NCBI GenBank assembly: GCA_050950825.1
Contig: JBMNIH010000010.1
Span: 96,001 to 160,000, forward strand
Source of the DNA: Clostridia bacterium
Lineage (GTDB): Bacteria > Bacillota > Clostridia > JAAYHZ01
Direction of reading: 5' to 3'
Length of the DNA: 64,000 nucleotides
Part shown: positions 10,368 to 20,723 of the stretch, piece by piece
How the letters are laid out: each line of letters opens with the position of its first letter
Numbering within the stretch: position 1 is the stretch's first letter
Notes under the pieces: model-generated
Seen by the model: the letters and a program-made list of their open reading frames with translations, nothing else
Databases searched by the model: none
Told to the model about the DNA's origin: nothing
Program-made: the position numbers and the translations under genes

Positions 10368-12136
10368 CTGCGGCTCAATTCCTCTATGATATAGGCAATC
10401 ATTTTCTTTACTTCTTCAATGGGAATGTAACCTTCGTCAACGTTACCCAAATCCAACCAAAATGGAGTCGGTACTTTTCGGTTAAATAACCGGGAACAGC
10501 ATTTTTCCCAATCGGAAGTCACCATGGCATAAGGCAAATACTCGAAAAACCGAGTAACAATGTCGGAATCCGGCCGTATGATGTTGTTAAAAACATTCAG
10601 CAAATGATTCTTAAAAGCGATCAAATGTTCAAGTTTCTCATTTCCCCGGGCGGTTCTTCCTATCGTTAAAACGGAGAAAAGGAAGATGAGGATTCCCGAT
10701 AGGACCATGGCAAAATATTCACCCGGATTCAGAATATCGCTGTAATACACCAGAAGGAAAAAGAAGGATGTAAGGCACAAGCTAACGCTTGCATAGAGCC
10801 AAAATACGGGGCTCGGAAGTCCTTTTCGGCCTGTTTTTGCTTGTTGAACGATGATGCTAATGGTTTGGGGAAGCATAAGAAACAGCAACGAACTGATTAA
10901 TGACAAAAGCAAGGAAAGACCGCTTCGGCCGGTATATATATAAAAGGTTTTAAAGGTAAAATAGATAAAGGGAACGCTCGAACTGCATCGGATCATCTCC
11001 TTTAATAGAGAGACCTTTCTTGAAAACAACATATTTTCCGGATGACGGTAGTATCGATGAACCCAATCGCCGATTTCGTTTTTTTTGGCTTTTAAAATAT
11101 CGCTTAACTCGCTTAAGCTAAGTCCTTCATTGTCCGAGAAAATCAAATTAAATATTTCTTTTTCATACGGCTTTGCGGTATGGTCCAAATTCTCTTTTTT
11201 TACAATATGAACGGATCCCGGCTTTTTGATGTTTTCCGGCACCAAAAAACCCACATGACCTGCATTCGCCCAATATATAATATTTGCAACAATATCTCTT
11301 TCTTTCGTTTGGCCGTCTTGTATATATGCCGCTTCGATAGGAGGTTCCGCCATAAGGGGCAAAGGATCGTCGCTGTATCGCTTAATTCTCTTGTTTCGGA
11401 ATATAAAGCAAACAACCAAACTGAAAACAATTAAAAACAGAATCGTTGCGTTTGCAATCCACGTTAAGGAAGTAAACACATTGTTCTTCGGTACGGAAAC
11501 GGAAAAGTAACCCTCCGGCAAAACCAAATAAACATTCAGCTTCTTTCCCTCTAACTCTTCATCCGTCACACGAATCGTTATTTGCTTGTTACGTATTTCA
11601 ACGGGGATAAATACTTGATCTTCGGGCTCTCCCACATTTACCGACAAAGAGGTTATATCAAATTCCTTTGGAAATATGATTTCGATTTTTGCTTGAAGAA
11701 TTCTTCCGTAGGATTCGTCCGGAAGAACGTTAAGGAAGAAAAAGTCTTTGGAAGGATCGCTATCCTCTCCTGCGAACAACGTATATTGGTAACTGTAGCT
11801 TCGATCTCCGGCAACCGCTATATCGCTTTCGCCTAACAAAATTGCGACGCTGTTCGATGTTTTTTTCATTTCGTATGCGGTACTTAAGCCCTCAAAAGAT
11901 CGAAGCGATATCTTTTGCCGGTACATCGTTAACGGAATCACGCGTTGGTATCTTTCGGAGGGTCCGAAAAAGCGTACATTCACTTTTTCAAAAATCTCAT
12001 ATGTATTGTCTTCCCGAACACGAATCGTGGCTTGAAAATCGGTAATTTCAAAGGAGCTTTGGGCATGTACGCTATTCCCGAGCACGATAGAAAACAAAAT
12101 TATGGCTGCTAGAATAACTTTCTTCACTTTCCCCAC
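10364..12136 (-). CDS. membrane protein, DUF2207-like
   Basis: Signal peptide, beta-rich N-terminal domain, TM segments, C-terminal F..YLPYAM....W pattern. Confidence 0.6.
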   Translation of the reverse strand: MGKVKKVILAAIILFSIVLGNSVHAQSSFEITDFQATIRVREDNTYEIFEKVNVRFFGPSERYQRVIPLTMYRQKISLRSFEGLSTAYEMKKTSNSVAILLGESDIAVAGDRSYSYQYTLFAGEDSDPSKDFFFLNVLPDESYGRILQAKIEIIFPKEFDITSLSVNVGEPEDQVFIPVEIRNKQITIRVTDEELEGKKLNVYLVLPEGYFSVSVPKNNVFTSLTWIANATILFLIVFSLVVCFIFRNKRIKRYSDDPLPLMAEPPIEAAYIQDGQTKERDIVANIIYWANAGHVGFLVPENIKKPGSVHIVKKENLDHTAKPYEKEIFNLIFSDNEGLSLSELSDILKAKKNEIGDWVHRYYRHPENMLFSRKVSLLKEMIRCSSSVPFIYFTFKTFYIYTGRSGLSLLLSLISSLLFLMLPQTISIIVQQAKTGRKGLPSPVFWLYASVSLCLTSFFFLLVYYSDILNPGEYFAMVLSGILIFLFSVLTIGRTARGNEKLEHLIAFKNHLLNVFNNIIRPDSDIVTRFFEYLPYAMVTSDWEKCCSRLFNRKVPTPFWLDLGNVDEGYIPIEEVKKMIAYIIEELSRS

Positions 12137-12147
12137 CTGTTTTTCGG

Positions 12148-12624
12148 TTATTTGTGGTACGTCCTATTGCCTATAATGCTAAACGCTCTGTACAACTGCT
12201 CCAATAATATGATACGAGTCATATTATGGGTAAATGTCATGGAAGATAAGGACAACAGCAAATCCGCCCGATCTTTTACCTCTTGCGACAGCCCTAAAGA
12301 TCCGCCGATCACAATAGCCAATCGGGACCGTCCTGACACCATCAAGGACTTGACGGTATCGGCAAATGCCGTCGAATCCATGTCTTTTCCTTTGACGTCC
12401 AATACAATACAAAAGGAATCTTTATTTATCTTCGCAAGAAGGTTCTTTCCTTCCTTTTGAAGGACGTCTTCTTTTTCCTTTTCCGATGCATTGTGAGGGA
12501 TGGGCTCGTCGGGCACCTCCGTAATATCAATTTTGCACATGGAGAGCCTTTTTATATACTCTTTTTCCGCGGCTTTAAAATAGCTTTCCTTGAGTTTTCC
12601 CACACACAAAATATCAATTCGCAT
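12148..12624 (-). CDS. rlmH: 23S rRNA (pseudouridine1915-N3)-methyltransferase
   Basis: VGKLKE, IGGSLGL, LLEQLYRAF..YHK. Confidence 0.95.
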   Translation of the reverse strand: MRIDILCVGKLKESYFKAAEKEYIKRLSMCKIDITEVPDEPIPHNASEKEKEDVLQKEGKNLLAKINKDSFCIVLDVKGKDMDSTAFADTVKSLMVSGRSRLAIVIGGSLGLSQEVKDRADLLLSLSSMTFTHNMTRIILLEQLYRAFSIIGNRTYHK

Positions 12625-12627
12625 TTT

Positions 12628-13419
12628 TTACAAGTCGTAAACGCATCCTACCGTATACCGATCCGCCACTTCTACCGTGACATCGATACCCGGTACAATT
12701 CCTTCCTTCTTCATTTCATTCGCAGTCGTTATATAGGCTAACTCTTTAAAATTATTCTTCTCGCTCAAATGTCCCAGTACAACGCGGGTTACTCCCGTCT
12801 TTACCATATATGCAGCCGTTTTTGCCGCCACTTCGTTGCATAAATGACCTTTATCTCCTAAGATTCTCTGCTTCAAGTAAGGAGGATATGATCCTATCAT
12901 CAACATATCCACGTCGTGGTTCGATTCAAGAAATAAAAGATCGCTCTTTTCAAAAACCTTTAATAAGGATTTAGTCATCTTGCCCAAATCGGTAGCAACG
13001 ACGACCTTTTTGTTGTCGGCCATCATGCAAAAACCCACGGGGTCATTAGCGTCATGAGGAATACTGTAGGGCAGGATCGTTAAATCGTCAATCTCGAAGG
13101 TTTTGTTCGCTTCAATACACACCCTGTTTTTATCGGATACGGCGCCTACGGAAGACATGCATCCTTGCCATGTTCCCCAAGTCGCATAAACAGGGATATC
13201 CAGCGTTCGCGAAAGTATGCCCACTCCTTTTACATGGTCGGCATGTTCGTGGGTAAGTAAAATTCCTTTGATTTCTTCCGGTCGTTGGTCGATTCGATTT
13301 AACGCGTTAAAAATCGCTTTTCTGCTCAGACCGGCATCGATTAATATTTTGGTTTTTTCCGTTCCGAAAAGCAAGCAATTTCCGCTGCTGCCGCTAAATA
13401 AACTGCAAAATTTGACCAC
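12628..13419 (-). CDS. walJ: MBL-fold metallo-hydrolase WalJ/YycJ
   Basis: SGSSGN, THEHADH, HDA, TDLG, ESNHD, GHLS; typical walRK/rlmH context. Confidence 0.88.
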   Translation of the reverse strand: MVKFCSLFSGSSGNCLLFGTEKTKILIDAGLSRKAIFNALNRIDQRPEEIKGILLTHEHADHVKGVGILSRTLDIPVYATWGTWQGCMSSVGAVSDKNRVCIEANKTFEIDDLTILPYSIPHDANDPVGFCMMADNKKVVVATDLGKMTKSLLKVFEKSDLLFLESNHDVDMLMIGSYPPYLKQRILGDKGHLCNEVAAKTAAYMVKTGVTRVVLGHLSEKNNFKELAYITTANEMKKEGIVPGIDVTVEVADRYTVGCVYDL

Positions 13420-13437
13420 ACATACTCCTTTTGACCG

Positions 13438-14697
13438 TTACTTGGATTCCCGAACGATGTCCGCCCCAAGCTTGTTTAGCTTGACTTCAATCTCCTCGTA
13501 TCCTCTGTCAATATATTCCACGTTTTGTACTCTCGTCTGCCCGCTAGCAACAAGACCCGCAATAATCAAAGCCGCTCCCGCTCGAAGGTCCGTAGCCTTT
13601 ACCGTTGCACCGGACAATTTGCCTACTCCTTTGATGTAAGCCACGTTATTGTCCACGCGGATTTTCGCTTTCATTTTTTTCAGCTGGTCCGTATATTGCA
13701 ACCGGTTTTCAAAGATGGTTTCCGTGATTTTACCTTCCCCTTTGGCCAAACACATCAAGGTACCCATTTGGGGCTGCAAATCCGTAGGAAATCCGGGATA
13801 AGGCAGCGTTATGATATCCGTTGCCAAAAGCTCCTTGTTGCGAACTACACGAATCCAGTCGTCTTCCTGCTCGATATCCACGTTCATTTCGATGAGCTTT
13901 GCACACAAAGGGTCCATATGCTCGGGAATAATGTTCTTTACATAAACATCGCCGCCCGTAGCCGCAGCGGCAATCATAAAGGTTCCCGCTTCAATTTGGT
14001 CGGGTATGATGGAATAGGATTTTCCGCCGGTCAGCTCTTTGACTCCGGTTATACGAATCCTGTTGGTCCCCGCCCCTTTTATATTCGCACCCATCATATT
14101 TAAAAAGTTCGCAACGTCGACTATATGGGGTTCTCTCGCGGCATTTTCCAGAATCGTAACTCCGTCGGCTAAAACTGCAGCCATCATAAGATTGATGGTA
14201 GCGCCTACCGTCACAACGTCCATGTAGATTTGTGTTCCGGTTAATTTATCGGCCGTAAGGACCATTCGGTCCGACCCCATATGCACTTTGGCCCCTAAGG
14301 CTTCAAAACCCTTAATATGCTGGTCGATGGGTCTTGCACCGATATTGCATCCTCCGGGCAGCGGAATTTCTACCTTTTTGGTTTTACATATCAATGCGCC
14401 TAACAAATAATAGGAAGAACGAATATTGCCAAGCTCGCTGAACATGGCATATCCGCTGGTTACACTTGCACTGTTGATATTATAAGTTCTTTTATCTATT
14501 TGCTCTACAATGGCTCCGATTTTCTCAGCAACGTTTAAAATAACTTTAACATCTGCAATATCGGGCACATTTTCTATTCGGCAAGGGCCATTAACAAGCA
14601 AAACAGCCGATAAAATCCCCAATGCTGCATTTTTCGCTCCGCTAATTTCTACTTCTCCGGAAAGCCGATTCCCCCCGTTTATGATAAACTGACTCAA
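13438..14697 (-). CDS. murA: UDP-N-acetylglucosamine 1-carboxyvinyltransferase
   Basis: SGAKNA, LPGGCNIGARPIDQH, YPGFPTDLQ, DLRAGA, IDRGY; likely TTG start at 14697 after GAGGAG. Confidence 0.95.
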   Translation of the reverse strand: MSQFIINGGNRLSGEVEISGAKNAALGILSAVLLVNGPCRIENVPDIADVKVILNVAEKIGAIVEQIDKRTYNINSASVTSGYAMFSELGNIRSSYYLLGALICKTKKVEIPLPGGCNIGARPIDQHIKGFEALGAKVHMGSDRMVLTADKLTGTQIYMDVVTVGATINLMMAAVLADGVTILENAAREPHIVDVANFLNMMGANIKGAGTNRIRITGVKELTGGKSYSIIPDQIEAGTFMIAAAATGGDVYVKNIIPEHMDPLCAKLIEMNVDIEQEDDWIRVVRNKELLATDIITLPYPGFPTDLQPQMGTLMCLAKGEGKITETIFENRLQYTDQLKKMKAKIRVDNNVAYIKGVGKLSGATVKATDLRAGAALIIAGLVASGQTRVQNVEYIDRGYEEIEVKLNKLGADIVRESK

Positions 14698-14809
14698 CAC
14701 TATGCTCCTCAAATCGATGAAATGTCATGAAATTATTATATCATCTTGCAGGTAAAAAACAAGTACAAGCAATTGTTAATATATTGCCCCGGAAAGAAGG
14801 GAATATGCG

Positions 14810-15658
14810 TCATTTCACTTCTTGACCGTTCATCAAACTGACGTAAATTTCATGGCCTTTTTCCGTGACAATTTTCCAACACAGCCCTGCTTGCTCCTCC
14901 GACAAAGCCGGATCCCAGAACGTATTCTTTTTGATGCCTTCTTCAATAAGAATCACTTTCGAATCGATGGTTTCTTCGGTAAAAAATTTCATAAGCACCT
15001 GATGAGGCTTTAAAAGGCTGCTTTGGTCGCTGATTTCGATCCCGTTAATTTGACTAAAGGCGGTTTCGATGAGAATAAAGCCGGTTTCATTGATAATGGC
15101 TCTTACAAAATTATCGTACAGAACGGAGCCTACGTACTTTTGATAAATCAAAATGGTTGCCGTTTTTTCCTTCTCGTTTACTTTATAATCATACACAATA
15201 TGATCGCTCCACTCCACGCCGATGGATTCCAAGTAGTCCAGTACGTATTTTTTTACGGCAGACTTTTGATGAATATCCAAAACTTGCTCCGTTTTCTTGG
15301 AGGAGTCGGTAAAATAAAAGTGACTAAACCCGGGATTGATAAACACCACTTTTTTTTCATTGTTTTCGAATTGGGTTTGGGTAGGCTCAAAAGGTCCTTC
15401 CAAATCCAATAAAACGGATAAAACTCTTTCCTTATCAAACCCCGCTTGCCCAAAATGAACGATTTTGGTGGATCCGCTGATATCAGGCACTTCGCACGTA
15501 ATGGTTATACCCCTCTCCTCCAAAACCGTAAACACATACTCGTTGATTTTGGCATCGGTCTCCCTTTTTGCTCCGGACTCTTGCATGGAGATAAACAAAA
15601 AGCCGTTTAGCAGTACAAGAATGATAATCAAAATGTTTTTTACCTTATCCCAGTTCAT
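14810..15658 (-). CDS. yycI: WalRK regulatory protein YycI-like
   Basis: MNWDKVKNILI..LN N-terminal anchor typical of YycI; position after walK-yycH. Confidence 0.78.
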   Translation of the reverse strand: MNWDKVKNILIIILVLLNGFLFISMQESGAKRETDAKINEYVFTVLEERGITITCEVPDISGSTKIVHFGQAGFDKERVLSVLLDLEGPFEPTQTQFENNEKKVVFINPGFSHFYFTDSSKKTEQVLDIHQKSAVKKYVLDYLESIGVEWSDHIVYDYKVNEKEKTATILIYQKYVGSVLYDNFVRAIINETGFILIETAFSQINGIEISDQSSLLKPHQVLMKFFTEETIDSKVILIEEGIKKNTFWDPALSEEQAGLCWKIVTEKGHEIYVSLMNGQEVK

Positions 15659-17088
15659 GGCACCTCATTCCTTTTTGCAAAATTCAAAAAAGATAAAGGC
15701 AGAGGGATACCCTTCAATCCTTTTTCCATTTCGATCAGCATTCCCGCCATAAGCGTCGACGAACCGGACCATGCATTTAAAATATATCCGTTATAAATGT
15801 TTTTGATATAGTGGTCCTCCAAATGCAGTCCCATATCCGTAATCAATTGAACCGTATTGTTTTCATAGTAGCCATAGGTTTCTTTATCCGTGAATATGGC
15901 TCTTAGAATGCCATTCATCTTCAAAACACGGTCTTGACCGGCTTGGATAACAAAAGCGTGCTCCATGGTTTCGGAAGAAGGATTGTCGTAAATATAAACA
16001 AGCTTTCCCTCCACCAAGTAGTCAAAGCTGAAGATATAATAGCGAGGATTGGAATAGTCGATATCGGTTAAAACAAGGGTAGCGGAGGATTTTTCGTCCA
16101 TTAAACCCAAAACCCTTTCCAGCATGGTCAAGGCCTTGCCGTAGGCCATATCCACGCTGCCTTTTTCGGCAGAGCTTTGCTTTCCGAAATAGTCATAAGA
16201 AATCCTTCCGTCGTGAGACAGGGCGTATTGGTTTTCCGTATTGGAAAAGAAAACCGTATGGTTGGCACTGATGGATGCCATAAAACGGTCTTGCATAGCC
16301 CCCAGCAATCTGCTTTTTATTTCCCCTAACTCGTAGGTATCTTCCAAAGACATAATATCGCTGATAACGGTCGGTGTAACGCTGATGGCCAATTGGTATC
16401 GGAGGGGTAGCCCCGCAAACAATTTCACGTCATTCTCCCCGTTTATTTGATAAGCCGACTCCTCAAAACCCAACAGCTTATACGTATTCTCATCGAAAAG
16501 GTCCGTATATTGTATGAAATTAAATATCCCGTCATAATCGATACTGTTAATCAAAAAATCCTTTGACGCGTCGTATTTCAATTGGAAATAGCTGCTGCCG
16601 TCGAAGATATAAAAGTCGACGCCTGCGCTTGTAGGACGAACCAGTAATTGGCGAATTTTGTCAATCTCAATGCTTTCTTCGTAATTTACCGCACCGGGGC
16701 TGACAAAGGATAAGGGAATCGTACAAAAATATTGAAACATAATGTATTTATCCGTTAACAGCTTTTCCCACGTTTTGGGATGGATAAGAATCAATTCCGA
16801 TACGGGGATTTGTTTTAAAACCTCCGTGGCGATCAATTGGAGTTGGTAATACTCATCGGTCCTTCGGGGCATGTCCCAGAAATTATTCTTTCCGTCGGAA
16901 ATCCGAATACTTTCTAAGGAAATATAATCATAGGAAAAAGGTACTCTCGGAGCAAGGGGCTTGCTCTTACCTCCGAATAAATTTGAAAATCCCGTGAAAT
17001 TATCGCTGATAATAATGCTGAATTGCAAAAAAGCGAGCATAACCAAAAGAACGATACTGATGCTCTTTATAGCGCTTACGGTTTTCAT
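15655..17088 (-). CDS. yycH: WalRK regulatory protein YycH-like
   Basis: Single N-terminal TM (IKSISIVLLV), large extracytoplasmic region, located between walK and yycI. Confidence 0.65.
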   Translation of the reverse strand: MKTVSAIKSISIVLLVMLAFLQFSIIISDNFTGFSNLFGGKSKPLAPRVPFSYDYISLESIRISDGKNNFWDMPRRTDEYYQLQLIATEVLKQIPVSELILIHPKTWEKLLTDKYIMFQYFCTIPLSFVSPGAVNYEESIEIDKIRQLLVRPTSAGVDFYIFDGSSYFQLKYDASKDFLINSIDYDGIFNFIQYTDLFDENTYKLLGFEESAYQINGENDVKLFAGLPLRYQLAISVTPTVISDIMSLEDTYELGEIKSRLLGAMQDRFMASISANHTVFFSNTENQYALSHDGRISYDYFGKQSSAEKGSVDMAYGKALTMLERVLGLMDEKSSATLVLTDIDYSNPRYYIFSFDYLVEGKLVYIYDNPSSETMEHAFVIQAGQDRVLKMNGILRAIFTDKETYGYYENNTVQLITDMGLHLEDHYIKNIYNGYILNAWSGSSTLMAGMLIEMEKGLKGIPLPLSFLNFAKRNEVP

Positions 17089-18869
17089 TCTTTTTCACCC
17101 TCGCTTCTTTCAATTGGCAGTATAATCCTGACTTCCGTTCCCTTGTTTACAACGGAAGAAATATCGATCTTACCTCCGTGGGCATCGACGATTTCCTTCG
17201 CGATGGACAAGCCTAAGCCCGACCCTCCTAAGTCTCTTGACCTTGCTTTATCTACACGATGGAAACGGTCAAAAACCCTCGGCAAATCCTTTTTCGGAAT
17301 ACCGATTCCGTTGTCAATTACTTTAATCATGACGTCATTTTCCAAAGCACGAGTAATAACCTTCACATACCCGCCCGAAGGTGTATACTTGACCGCATTG
17401 CCGATAATGTTGACAAGTACCTGCTCCAAGCGGAAAGGATCTCCTTCGATAAAGGGCAGATCGGGAGAGGAATCCGCTTCAATGGTTAGTCCTTTTTTAA
17501 TCGCTTCCTGCCTGAGATGTTCGACACAGTCATTAATCAATTTAATTAAATTGACTTTTGCATAATCCAGCGTAAGCTTTTTATAATCAAACCGCGAGAG
17601 AAGCAGCAAATCCTTTACCATCCGTGTCATTCGGTCGGCTTCATTATCTATTACACGCAAATATTTCTCCGTCAAAGCGGGGTCATCTACCCCGGCCAAT
17701 AAGGTCTCCGTATACATTTTGACCGACGACAAGGGTGTTTTCAACTCATGGGACACATTCGCCACAAACTCTTTTCGCATTTCGTCCAGCATGGTTTGCT
17801 TCGTTAAGTCGACCAACACAACGATAATTCCTTCCGGGTTCTTGTATTCGTTCTTGAATACGACAAAGTTAAGACGGTAGGTTTTATCGTCGATATGGAC
17901 ATTTTTCTCGTAATTCGTTACGGTTTCGTTCAAAATATCTTCCGGCTTTATGGAAATTTCCAAAAAATCGATTAACGCCTTTAAATTGCAGCAATATTTC
18001 TCGTCGCAAATGATTTCCCTTGCGGCAGGATTGACGTGCATTATTTGGCCTTCCATATCAAAAGCCAAAACGCCTTCGGACATGAAGTTCAAAATGGTTT
18101 CCACCTTATTCTTTTCACGTGCAATGGTATCCAATTTTTCCTTCAAAGACGCCGACATGTCATTGAATACATGGGTTAACCGGCCGATTTCGTCGTTAGA
18201 TGCCACGGGAAGCTGCCTTCCGAAGTTTCCGTAGGCGATGCTCTCGGCTTTTCTCATGATGCTGTTGATGGGACGGGTGATGTATTTGGCCAGTAAAAAG
18301 CCCAATAACAAGGAAACCGCCAAAGAAACGACCAATGTCGATACCAAAATGCCGGTCAAATCGTTGATCATCAGCTTCCATTCGTCTTTGTAATATCGAA
18401 AATAATAGACGACACCTCTTCGGTTTATGGCATAATCATAAAATTCTCGATTATTGTCCGATCCGGTCAGCTTTTTATTTCCATTTTCACCGGCCATGGC
18501 GGCCATAAAGTTATCGGATAAAAACAGACTGTTTATAAATTCCGTTTCGTCTATCTGTAAAAAATGAGGGTCATTCGAGCGAACCCGGTTCGTTTTCACG
18601 TCGACAAGGGTAAAGCTTTTGTTCTCGTTATACAGCCGTAAAGCATGAATATAAGTATCGTTAAAGCGGTCGTAAAGCTCGTCCAATGTTATGGAGTCGC
18701 TTAGATTAACCAAATGCTCCGAAAAGCCTTCTTCGATGTCCTCCACAAATTGCGTATAGTAAAAGTCGTCGATTCTGTTGTTAAGAATGACGCCAATGGT
18801 CAAAATAATACAAATGGCGATAATGAAGATAAATACAACCAATCGCCATTGTATACTGTGAAATGCCAT
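17085..18869 (-). CDS. walK: cell-wall sensor histidine kinase WalK (TM-HAMP-PAS-HisKA-HATPase)
   Basis: RKEFVANVSHELKTPL, NAVKYT, DNGIGI, RVDKARSR..GGSGLGL; context. Confidence 0.88.
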   Translation of the reverse strand: MAFHSIQWRLVVFIFIIAICIILTIGVILNNRIDDFYYTQFVEDIEEGFSEHLVNLSDSITLDELYDRFNDTYIHALRLYNENKSFTLVDVKTNRVRSNDPHFLQIDETEFINSLFLSDNFMAAMAGENGNKKLTGSDNNREFYDYAINRRGVVYYFRYYKDEWKLMINDLTGILVSTLVVSLAVSLLLGFLLAKYITRPINSIMRKAESIAYGNFGRQLPVASNDEIGRLTHVFNDMSASLKEKLDTIAREKNKVETILNFMSEGVLAFDMEGQIMHVNPAAREIICDEKYCCNLKALIDFLEISIKPEDILNETVTNYEKNVHIDDKTYRLNFVVFKNEYKNPEGIIVVLVDLTKQTMLDEMRKEFVANVSHELKTPLSSVKMYTETLLAGVDDPALTEKYLRVIDNEADRMTRMVKDLLLLSRFDYKKLTLDYAKVNLIKLINDCVEHLRQEAIKKGLTIEADSSPDLPFIEGDPFRLEQVLVNIIGNAVKYTPSGGYVKVITRALENDVMIKVIDNGIGIPKKDLPRVFDRFHRVDKARSRDLGGSGLGLSIAKEIVDAHGGKIDISSVVNKGTEVRIILPIERSEGEKE

Positions 18870-18886
18870 ATAATTTCCCCTGCAGT

Positions 18887-19597
18887 TTAGTCGGTTATGT
18901 ATTTAATGTAATAGCCGATACCCCTCTTCGTGTGAATATATTTACCCTTGTCCACGGATTCGTCTTCGATTTTTTCTCGAATACGAGCCACCGTAACATC
19001 CACGGTTCTTTTATCCCCGGGAAATTCATATCCCCAGACTTCTTTCAATAATTGTTCTCTTGTAAAAATCTGTCCTTCTCGTTCCGCCAAAAATTTAACC
19101 AGCTCATACTCACGGATAGTAAGATGCAAATCCTCTCCGTTTCTACGAATTTCAAATCTTTGGGTATCGATTTCCAGCTTGCCGAGGTGTAAAATCGCGG
19201 AAGAACCGAGACTTTCGGTTTCTTTTTCTTGTATCTCCGTTCTACGCAGATTCGACTTGATTCTAGACAACAGCACACGAATAGACGGCGGCTTTGTTAT
19301 ATAATCATCCGCTCCCAATTCCAATCCTAAAACTTGATCGAACTCTTCTTCTCTTGCAGTAAGCATGATAATGGGAACGTTGGATTTTTCCCTGATCTTT
19401 CTGCAAACGCTGAATCCGTCCATTTTCGGAAGCATGACATCCAACAAAATCAAATCCGGTTCATATTGATCACACAAACGAACAGCTTCTTCTCCGTCAT
19501 AGGCTTCGATGGTTTCATAACCTTCTTTACGAAGGTTAAATTTTAAGATATCCACGATATTTTGCTCGTCGTCTACAATCAATATTTTTTTTGCCAT
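18887..19597 (-). CDS. walR: OmpR-family response regulator WalR
   Basis: KKILIVDDE..IVDILKFNL, LLDVMLP, VLGLELGADDY, VWGY..RTVDVTV, TKRGIGY. Confidence 0.9.
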   Translation of the reverse strand: MAKKILIVDDEQNIVDILKFNLRKEGYETIEAYDGEEAVRLCDQYEPDLILLDVMLPKMDGFSVCRKIREKSNVPIIMLTAREEEFDQVLGLELGADDYITKPPSIRVLLSRIKSNLRRTEIQEKETESLGSSAILHLGKLEIDTQRFEIRRNGEDLHLTIREYELVKFLAEREGQIFTREQLLKEVWGYEFPGDKRTVDVTVARIREKIEDESVDKGKYIHTKRGIGYYIKYITD

Positions 19598-19629
19598 TAA
19601 AATCTCCTCTTCTAATTCTTCTAAATTGT

Positions 19630-20706
19630 TTATCTGCCGATCAAATAATCAAAATCGGCTTTCGCTATCATATAGTTAATTTGATTGGACAATAAGCTAT
19701 AGCGAGCGGAATTGTAGTTAATGACGGTACTGATATAGCTATCCCAAGTGGTCAGCTGTGTCCTGTACATCTGATAGGTTTCGTTCATGGTCTTTTCTCT
19801 GAGCTCCAGGTTCTTTTCCGCAAGCTTAATCTTATTGTATTTGCTCTTTAAATTGTTATAAGCTACTCTTATATTGTACTCCAGATTAATTTTCGCCAAA
19901 TCGTCGTTGTACAATGCATTTTTGTAGTTGTATGTATTTTGCCAATATACGGCCATATCATCATCATAGAACTTTTCGGTAAGCTCCATGACTTTTTCTT
20001 GAATCTTTACATCCATGGCTCTGCTGTAGATAGTGCTGTCATTCTCCAAAGCCTCTTGTATTACCTTTTCCAAGTCAATGGTATCCGGAGAGTCGTATTT
20101 AAGCTCAACCTTTTCAATTACCAAATCTTCTTCCGACATGGGAATATTCAGAAGAAGTTTAAAGTCCATGTTCTTCTTTTCCAAATCGTATTTTAAGTCG
20201 GCAATGGTATCTTTTCTGTTTTCTACCGTTACTTGCTGCGATGTATAGGTATCCAAAGTGATTCTACCTGCAATATAATTCGAATAGGCTCTCTCCAGTT
20301 TTTGTTGATCAATTTTTAAAAGCTCCTCTTGGTTCGCCAAGTTTTCATAGGAAAGAATAAGCCCTAACGCCTGCTTGTATACGTTCAGCTTTAATTGCCT
20401 GTTTGCATCCTCCTTTTGCTTTTTCGCCAATTCATACACTTTCTCCGTTACTATAGGCGTTACGAAACGGTTGTAGCTTCCGCTGTATGTATTCATGGAG
20501 GTTGTGGGAACCTTTCTTACCGCTTCTTCGTAATTGATCCTGTATTCTTCGATTTGTATATCTCTTAACTCGTCTTGTTTCCAATTGTTTTCAATTGCCA
20601 TTTCAATAGCTTGATCTACGCTGATTTTACCGGACCCTGCTGCCGCTGCCGTCGATACCAAGCATACCATTAATATCGTAATCAAAACTCTCGCTGATTT
20701 TTTCAT
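19630..20706 (-). CDS. secreted TolC/OEP-like alpha-helical protein
   Basis: Signal peptide; two OEP-like repeats (ISVDQAIEMAIENN / DLEKVIQEALEND; ..YIAGRIT.. / ..YRTQLTT..NYMIAKADFDYLIG). Confidence 0.65.
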   Translation of the reverse strand: MKKSARVLITILMVCLVSTAAAAGSGKISVDQAIEMAIENNWKQDELRDIQIEEYRINYEEAVRKVPTTSMNTYSGSYNRFVTPIVTEKVYELAKKQKEDANRQLKLNVYKQALGLILSYENLANQEELLKIDQQKLERAYSNYIAGRITLDTYTSQQVTVENRKDTIADLKYDLEKKNMDFKLLLNIPMSEEDLVIEKVELKYDSPDTIDLEKVIQEALENDSTIYSRAMDVKIQEKVMELTEKFYDDDMAVYWQNTYNYKNALYNDDLAKINLEYNIRVAYNNLKSKYNKIKLAEKNLELREKTMNETYQMYRTQLTTWDSYISTVINYNSARYSLLSNQINYMIAKADFDYLIGR

Positions 20707-20723
20707 ATGAACGACTTCCTTTC

